This document shows, piece after piece, positions 31,190 through 37,006 of a stretch of 37,006 bases of DNA. Every line of letters starts with the position of its first letter. Position 1 is the stretch's first letter. Made by a program: the position numbers and the translations under genes. Origin of the DNA: an uncultured Pirellulales bacterium (GTDB lineage: Bacteria > Planctomycetota > Phycisphaerae > Sedimentisphaerales > SM23-30); contig CAZOCV010000001.1 of NCBI GenBank assembly GCA_964578395.1, forward strand, positions 6,738-43,743. Reading direction: 5' to 3'. The notes under the pieces were generated by a model. That model saw only the letters and a program-made list of their open reading frames with translations, did not search any database and had not been told where the DNA came from.

Positions 31190-32317
31190 TTAGTTCGCTA
31201 ACACCGCGCCCTGCGGATGTTTGCTCAAATCCACGGGCGCTGTAGCGGCGAAATCAACCTGCGTCGGTTTGGCGGACCATACATTGTCAATGCCTTTGCG
31301 GTCGGAGCAGAAATAAATCCGGCCGTCCGTCGCCCAGCAGGGCGAAAAATTCGCGGCGTCTCCCTGGGTCAGGCGCAAACTGTTCCGGCCGTCAATATCC
31401 ACCATCCAGACGTCCTCTCCGCTGCTACCCGGCAGAGCGTTAGGCGTCTCCTTTTCATAAACGCTGCGGGACACCGTGCTATACGCAATTTTTTTGCCAT
31501 CGGGATGCCATGTCGGGCAGATACAGGCGTGATTGACGCTGCTGACGATTTCGGTGGGGTATTTCGCTTCGCCGTCAATCATATCCACCGTCCAGATACT
31601 GAACCATTGGCTGCCGCGATAACGGGCCATCTGGTAGGCTATTTTGGGAATATTCGCGTTCGGACACCATTCCGGGAAAACCCCGTATCCGATCCATTTT
31701 TTGATACTGGGCGTATCGACATTCACGATCCACAGTTCCCACTGATTACTGCGTCCGCCCAGAGAACAGTAAACAATTTGCTTGCCATCGGGCGACCATG
31801 AAGGATGAATATCATTGCTCGCGCCGTCCGTCAGGCGAATAGGATTCGACCCATCCACACTGATAACCCATATATCCCAACTGCCGGACCGATTGGAGGC
31901 ATAAGCCACCTTATCGCCCAGCGGCGATATGCAGGGCTGGATTTCACTGGCGGGATCACTGGTCAGGCGTGTGGCCGTGGAGCCGCTCACCTGTTTGATA
32001 TATAAATCAGGATTGGGCGCGTGTCGCAGGGAACTGAACGCCATCCATTGGCCGTCACCACTGATATCCGGATCGTAGTCTCCGCCCTCTTCACAAAAAC
32101 TATGCTGGATAAGCGAACTAAAGGGGGTCGAGGTAAAATCCACCGGTTGCCAGGCATCGAGGTTGCCGTACAGGTTGGTTTCCACAATCGGACTTAGCAG
32201 GGGTTGTTGCGTTCCTGCTGAACAACCCATCAGCAGAAGCATCGTCAGGAAGACGGTGGCATAAGCTAATAATCGCGGCAGCAATGTCAACTCCCCGAAA
32301 AAGATGCCCGGTGGCAT
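31190..32317 (-). CDS. TolB-like WD40/PD40 beta-propeller lipoprotein
   Basis: It has repeated PD40 units (DPDISGDGQWMAFSS; QPCISPLGDKVAYASNRSGSWDIWVISVDG; HPSWSPDGKQIVYCS; CPTWHPDGKKIAYS; SPCWATDGRIYFCSDR). ATG 32317 gives a signal peptide with a lipobox (LLLMGCS). The track start 32476 adds 53 unlikely residues. Confidence 0.8.
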   Translation of the reverse strand: MPPGIFFGELTLLPRLLAYATVFLTMLLLMGCSAGTQQPLLSPIVETNLYGNLDAWQPVDFTSTPFSSLIQHSFCEEGGDYDPDISGDGQWMAFSSLRHAPNPDLYIKQVSGSTATRLTSDPASEIQPCISPLGDKVAYASNRSGSWDIWVISVDGSNPIRLTDGASNDIHPSWSPDGKQIVYCSLGGRSNQWELWIVNVDTPSIKKWIGYGVFPEWCPNANIPKIAYQMARYRGSQWFSIWTVDMIDGEAKYPTEIVSSVNHACICPTWHPDGKKIAYSTVSRSVYEKETPNALPGSSGEDVWMVDIDGRNSLRLTQGDAANFSPCWATDGRIYFCSDRKGIDNVWSAKPTQVDFAATAPVDLSKHPQGAVLAN

Positions 32318-32739
32318 ATTTTCGCAGTTGCTTCCCGCGTCGCTCGGCGTCCTGCCCCGATGCGAGGAATATATCCAATTTACAAGAACCTGACGCCACT
32401 CCCGTGACGTCCACGTCAAATGTTTAGTTGTCCGATACATAGGCCGAAGTCTCCGATTCCGGCCGGGGCCGCCCACGTTCCATATAACCGTCGGCCCAAG
32501 GCCTTTCGTTTTTATCGGCCTCTTAGACGCTCAAGGTCACAAAAAAGTAACCCAGGACTCTTCGTCCTATAAAAGCACCCAAGAATTATCGGCGGGGAAC
32601 GTCCGAATACTTTACTCAAACTTCCCCCAAGTGCCACACAATCGCTAAAAACAGAGCAAAATGAAGCTCAAGATCCTTCTTGGGATTTTTATTACTTCGG
32701 CCACCTATGGTCCGATAACATTGTCTGAGTGAAAAACCT

Positions 32740-32768
32740 TTGACCCTTCACCCGTTTTTTGTTACTAT
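32740..32768 (+). promoter_or_regulatory. candidate sigma-70 type promoter for the glycosyltransferase array
   Basis: TTGACC (32740-32745), a 17-nt spacer and TACTAT (32763-32768) lie about 65 nt upstream of ATG 32835. Confidence 0.35.
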
Positions 32769-32834
32769 GTCTATGTGAGACAATCAATTACGTTATTTTG
32801 CTTGTAGCCGGAACACCTTGATTCAAGGTATGCC

Positions 32835-33767
32835 ATGAGCATGATTTCCGTTGTGGTATGCACCCATAACCGGGCTAATATCCTTAAAAGAATGCTGGAA
32901 AGCTTCGCCGGCCAGTATGGCCTCAACAACGAGGCCTGGGAACTGCTGGTGGTGGACAACGGCTCCACGGACGCTACCCGCACCATCATTGAAGATATGC
33001 AGGAAAAACTGGCTTTACGATATATTCATGAACCTTGTCTGGGACTAAGCCACGCCCGAAACCGAGGTGTGGCTGAGGCGAAAGGCGACATTGTAGCGTT
33101 TCTCGACGATGACGTGCTGGTGGCCCCCGACTGGCTGCAAAACATGCGCCTGGCCTTTGAACAAACTGGGGCTGACGCGGTAGGCGGACGAAGTTATTGT
33201 GTGTTTTTCCGCAAACCTCCCGCATGGATGGGACCAGCGCTGCGAGAACATCTGGTGGAAGTAAATAAAGGCCGGCAACGAAAACTTCTGCCGGACGGGT
33301 GGGGGGTATTTGGCTTGAATTTAGCCTTTCGCAAAGAAAGTATCCTCAAATACGGAGGCTTTACCAGTCATTTGGGACGCAAAGGAAAATCTCTATTAGC
33401 GGGAGAGGAATGTGCCTTATTACAGTCTATATCCCACGCCGGAGGTCAGGTGTGGTATGATCCGGGACCGGTCGTCGGCCACATAGTAACACCGGAACGA
33501 TTAAGCTATGATTATGTTCGTCGGTGGCGTTATGGCATGGGCCGCACAGAAGGCCTACAGGAAATCGAGGTTTCGCTTAGAATGCGCCTTTTGCGGGTGC
33601 TCCTGCGCAGCGCCAATGTGATACGCTATATTTTTATTCTTATGTGGATTTCCATTCGCGGCGATAAGGATTATCAGCGACGTATGATGGCAACAAAATT
33701 ATGGTGGATGATTGGCGTATTAGTCGAACGATGGCGAGCATTATTTAGGTTTTCTTTAAAAAATTAA
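32835..33767 (+). CDS. family 2 glycosyltransferase
   Basis: ISVVVCTHNRANILKRMLES..LLVVDNGSTDAT..AFLDDDV (DxD) is present, with C-terminal hydrophobic helices. Confidence 0.85.
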   Translation: MSMISVVVCTHNRANILKRMLESFAGQYGLNNEAWELLVVDNGSTDATRTIIEDMQEKLALRYIHEPCLGLSHARNRGVAEAKGDIVAFLDDDVLVAPDWLQNMRLAFEQTGADAVGGRSYCVFFRKPPAWMGPALREHLVEVNKGRQRKLLPDGWGVFGLNLAFRKESILKYGGFTSHLGRKGKSLLAGEECALLQSISHAGGQVWYDPGPVVGHIVTPERLSYDYVRRWRYGMGRTEGLQEIEVSLRMRLLRVLLRSANVIRYIFILMWISIRGDKDYQRRMMATKLWWMIGVLVERWRALFRFSLKN

Positions 33768-33784
33768 TTCCGGCTGTGGCTATT

Positions 33785-34840
33785 ATGCACGACGTTGATA
33801 TTATCATCCCGCTCTACAACAAAGCCTCAACGGTGGTACGGACGATTGATTCCATCCGGGCGCAAACTGTCACGAACTGGCGTTTATGGGTGGTGGATGA
33901 CGGATCAACCGATGATAGTGCAAAACGGGTTGCCGACATCAATGATAGGCGCATAACGCTTATCCGCCAAACTAATCAAGGCATCGGTGCTGCTCGTAAT
34001 ACAGGTATAGCACGAGCAACAAGTGAAATACTGGCGTTTTTAGACGCGGACGATGAGTGGTATCCATGGTATCTGGAAAACGCTTTGACGGCGCTGAAGA
34101 ACAACAATGTAAGTATGGCGGCATCGTTATATTATCGCTGGCCGCGCCAGGAGGATATGACAAGTCACTTTGAACAGCTAGGAATAAAGGCGGGTCGCTA
34201 CGAGATTACCGGTAGAGAGGATCCTGTATGGTTTTCGGACATCATGTCATTTATATCCGCTTGGAATACCGTAGTTCGTACTGATATACTGAGACACTAC
34301 GGCGGTTTTTACGACAAAAATCATTGCTGCTGGGGTGAAGATCAAATTCTTTTCATTCGTATCGCCCTGAATGAACCTTTTATGGTCATCGGTCCACCGG
34401 CGGTACGCTATCACACAGAAACATCCAGTTTTTCTTATGACCGCCAATCTAATAGTCCCCGTTTGAGACTTTTATCACCACTTTTACAGGAAGAATCCCT
34501 TTTGCGGGATTATTGTCCGCCGGAAAAACAGGAGATGCTGCAAGGTTTTTTCGAACGCGCAGCGCTGGCTACCGCAACCAACTGGGCTTATTATGGCCGG
34601 CGTAAAGAAGCCCAGGAGCTTTTGAAAAAATACCCTCATGCCAGACGATTCAAGAAAATTTACCGGCATTACCTCTGGTATGGACGCATTCGCCCTTTTT
34701 GGTGGGCGCGATTTAAACTTTGGATTGGACCCCCTATACGAGCCAAACTGCGAGCATGGGCGATAAAACTGGGTCTGACAACAGCGCCCCCGACGATGGC
34801 GTCCGATACCATAATGGATAAAAATCATGGTGGAAATTGA
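33785..34840 (+). CDS. family 2 glycosyltransferase (paralog A)
   Basis: [44 protein letters not shown] is present. ATG 33785 aligns exactly with the N-terminus of the downstream paralog; the track GTG is at 33776. Confidence 0.85.
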   Translation: MHDVDIIIPLYNKASTVVRTIDSIRAQTVTNWRLWVVDDGSTDDSAKRVADINDRRITLIRQTNQGIGAARNTGIARATSEILAFLDADDEWYPWYLENALTALKNNNVSMAASLYYRWPRQEDMTSHFEQLGIKAGRYEITGREDPVWFSDIMSFISAWNTVVRTDILRHYGGFYDKNHCCWGEDQILFIRIALNEPFMVIGPPAVRYHTETSSFSYDRQSNSPRLRLLSPLLQEESLLRDYCPPEKQEMLQGFFERAALATATNWAYYGRRKEAQELLKKYPHARRFKKIYRHYLWYGRIRPFWWARFKLWIGPPIRAKLRAWAIKLGLTTAPPTMASDTIMDKNHGGN

Positions 34841-35849
34841 CATTATTATCCCGCTCTATAACAAGGCTAGAACTATCGCACGCGCCATTCAGTCTGTTTG
34901 CCATCAAACGGTTGCGGACTGGCGACTTTTTATTGTCAACGACGGATCCACGGATGACGGAGCGGATATTGTACGGTCAATAAACGAACCTCGGCTCACC
35001 ATGATTCAACAGGAAAACACCGGACCCGGCGGTGCGCGTAACACCGGCATCGCGGCAGGCAATGCCCCCTATCTAGCCTTCCTTGACGCAGACGATGAAT
35101 GGTATCCCTGGTATTTGGCCAATGCCTTGAGTGCTATCAAGAAAAATGATGTGGCCATAGTGGGCACAATGTATTACCAGTGGCCCCAGCAGCAGGACAT
35201 GACGGCCATCTGGGCCAATTGGGGCATCACACCGGGCATCCATCAGCTCCGCGGTAATGAAGATCCTGTATGGACCGGACATCTCACCCCGTTTTATTCA
35301 CCTTGGAATACCCTGGCGTTACGCCATTTCGTGGAAAAGTATGGCGGTTTTTATGGCCATAATCGCTGTATGAGGGCGGAAGATGAAACCCTGATGATGC
35401 GCATTATTTTTAATCACTCGGTTATGATTATTGTGCCGCCCGCGGTGCGTTATCATGTTGAAACATCCACCATTGGCCACCAGCCGCGTGCGTATCCTTT
35501 AGAACCTTTTCTGGCTGATCCGAACGTTTTACTGGATTATTGTCCCAAAGCCAAAATAGATTTATTACATCAATTACTGGATATCCGTGCGCTTTGGACG
35601 GCAACCAACTGGGCATATCACGGCGAAGTAAAACGCGCCGAAGAATTACTGGGGCGATTTCCAGGAATAAAAAACTTTCCTCAAATATATCAGGAATTCT
35701 GCTTCTATGCTTATCAACGCCCCCGATGGTGGACGCAGCTTAAATGTCGAGTTGGAGCACCAATTCGGCAGGTTTTTCGCCAGAGCGCACTGAGGCTGGG
35801 TCTGCGAAAACGTGCCCCGCTAATGCCCTATGAAAAGGAGATGCGATAA
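34827..35849 (+). CDS. family 2 glycosyltransferase (paralog B)
   Basis: [49 protein letters not shown] is present. It is colinear with paralog A over its full length and overlaps the upstream stop by 14 nt. Confidence 0.85.
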   Translation: MVEIDIIIPLYNKARTIARAIQSVCHQTVADWRLFIVNDGSTDDGADIVRSINEPRLTMIQQENTGPGGARNTGIAAGNAPYLAFLDADDEWYPWYLANALSAIKKNDVAIVGTMYYQWPQQQDMTAIWANWGITPGIHQLRGNEDPVWTGHLTPFYSPWNTLALRHFVEKYGGFYGHNRCMRAEDETLMMRIIFNHSVMIIVPPAVRYHVETSTIGHQPRAYPLEPFLADPNVLLDYCPKAKIDLLHQLLDIRALWTATNWAYHGEVKRAEELLGRFPGIKNFPQIYQEFCFYAYQRPRWWTQLKCRVGAPIRQVFRQSALRLGLRKRAPLMPYEKEMR

Positions 35850-35852
35850 ATT

Positions 35853-36851
35853 TTGCACCATGCCACTGACAATATAACTATCAGCGCCATAATACCTGCC
35901 TATAACGCAGCGGCAACGATTGAACGAGCTATCCGAAGTGTGTTGGCGCAAACCCGACCGGCAGATGAAATCATTGTCATCGACGACGGCAGCCGCGACC
36001 AAACATCTGAGGTAGTGAGAACTTTCGGAAATAAGGTGCGCTTAATTCAGCAAATCAACAGCGGTGGCGCCACCGCTCGTAACACTGGCATAAAAAAAGC
36101 TCGCTTTGATTGGATTGCTTTTCTGGACGCCGACGATGAATGGTTGCCGGAAAAACTCACTCGACAAACGGCGCTGGCGAAACGCAATCCTGATTTGGCA
36201 TGGATGACGGGTAATTATTTCCGCAGTGTCGCTTCAAAAAATCGCACTGAACCTTTTATCAGCCCGGCTGAGGCGATGCAAGTAACTCATGGTCGGGATG
36301 TCATGGAAAATTATTTCCACGGTTATGTCCAGCGCGTCGGCGGCTGCACCATCACCATGATGATTCGCAAAGACGTTCTCATGACTGTAGGCGGATTTCG
36401 TGAAGAAATGCGGCGCGGCCATGATGAGGATTTATGGTGGCGGATCTCTTACCATCATCCCCGCTATGGTTACGATGTTCAACCGCTGGCGATATATCAT
36501 CTGGAAACTCCTGACAGCCTCAGTTGGAAACCTAAACCGCTGGCGTTTTTGGAAGATATGGTCGGCCGCCATTTGGAACTCTCCGCCCAGTGGGGCCAGG
36601 AATCACAATTTCTACCGGTGGCAAAACTCATGGTGCGCAGTTGGATGCGGGCGTCCCTGTTCGATGACCGTATTTACACCAACAAAGCATGCCAGCGGCG
36701 ATTTGCTCATCTACTGCCTATGTGGCATCGCGGCTGGATGAATCTGCTGACGTTGTGGCCTTCGGCAACCCTGGCAACGTGCCGAACGCTTAGCCACATA
36801 TCCCAACGATTAAACTTACGACGTAAACTGTTTCATCCCACGCTTCGCTGA
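35853..36851 (+). CDS. family 2 glycosyltransferase
   Basis: [46 protein letters not shown] is present. The TTG start at 35853 is uncertain. Confidence 0.8.
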   Translation: MHHATDNITISAIIPAYNAAATIERAIRSVLAQTRPADEIIVIDDGSRDQTSEVVRTFGNKVRLIQQINSGGATARNTGIKKARFDWIAFLDADDEWLPEKLTRQTALAKRNPDLAWMTGNYFRSVASKNRTEPFISPAEAMQVTHGRDVMENYFHGYVQRVGGCTITMMIRKDVLMTVGGFREEMRRGHDEDLWWRISYHHPRYGYDVQPLAIYHLETPDSLSWKPKPLAFLEDMVGRHLELSAQWGQESQFLPVAKLMVRSWMRASLFDDRIYTNKACQRRFAHLLPMWHRGWMNLLTLWPSATLATCRTLSHISQRLNLRRKLFHPTLR

Positions 36852-36865
36852 TTTTAGGAATTGCT

Positions 36866-37006
36866 ATGGCAGATATAATCATATCTCCCCCAGCCGTCAA
36901 TACTTCTTTGAGCGTCGTTATCCCGGCGTATAATAATGAACGCTACATCAACCGAGCCATCGAGAGCGTGCTGCGCCAAACACATCCGGCTAACGAAATC
37001 ATTGTC
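36866..37006 (+). CDS. family 2 glycosyltransferase (3' end outside the window)
   Basis: From ATG 36866 the frame is open to the window end. The translation is [47 protein letters not shown], a typical GT2 N-terminus. Confidence 0.8.
   Translation, partial: MADIIISPPAVNTSLSVVIPAYNNERYINRAIESVLRQTHPANEIIV

Noticed and set aside
32318-32476. N-terminal 53-codon extension of the TolB-like ORF, and similar upstream extensions at 3306, 16473, 27000 and 33776.
   Set aside because: The internal starts give a proper signal peptide or lipobox, a strong RBS, or alignment with a paralog. The extensions are Arg-rich with no function and in some cases overlap neighbouring genes.

Overview
This is a bacterial chromosomal window with tightly packed genes and mid-range GC. 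I found no rRNA, tRNA, CRISPR array, transposase or phage gene. The gene content (a PilM-PilN fusion, a GLUG-repeat protein with a dockerin-like tail, many radical SAM and glycan genes) resembles PVC-group or Planctomycetota-like genomes, but that is inference only. All functional calls rest on motifs read by eye in the translations; no searches were run. Layout: (1) 1-15718, plus strand, is a glycan/aminosugar tailoring locus. It holds a 5'-truncated SAM methyltransferase, a radical SAM enzyme, an inverted-repeat-boxed AT-rich GxxExxY (PD-(D/E)XK) cassette, a DegT-type aminotransferase and a WbuC cupin. After an AT-rich gap comes an 11-gene run (4040-15718) with five ATGA start/stop overlaps. 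It encodes a 734-aa protein with a CgeB-like glycosyltransferase tail, a SPASM radical SAM, two B12-binding radical SAM enzymes, a methyltransferase-like protein, a MaoC dehydratase, an FkbH-like HAD-IIIC loader, an acyl carrier protein and a GNAT-like protein. (2) 15751-20319 holds a HAD hydrolase (minus strand), a 586-bp structured AT-rich intergenic region, an OprO/P-type porin with a clean terminator, and a secreted GLUG-repeat/dockerin-like protein. (3) 20374-26171, minus strand, is a three-gene envelope operon headed by a PilM-PilN fusion with a long periplasmic extension. Two of its three proteins carry (PGMM)n tracts encoded by the same 12-nt tandem unit. (4) 26497-32317, minus strand, holds a REC-like/PAS/GAF/DHp-like/REC protein with no kinase ATPase domain next to a stand-alone Clp_N protein, then a XerC/D recombinase, a small protein, a lipoprotein and a TolB-like beta-propeller lipoprotein. 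(5) 32835-37006, plus strand, holds five consecutive family-2 glycosyltransferases, the last cut by the window end. Most worth follow-up are the PilMN/(PGMM)n operon, the ACP/FkbH/multi-radical-SAM glycan operon, and the repeat-boxed GxxExxY cassette.
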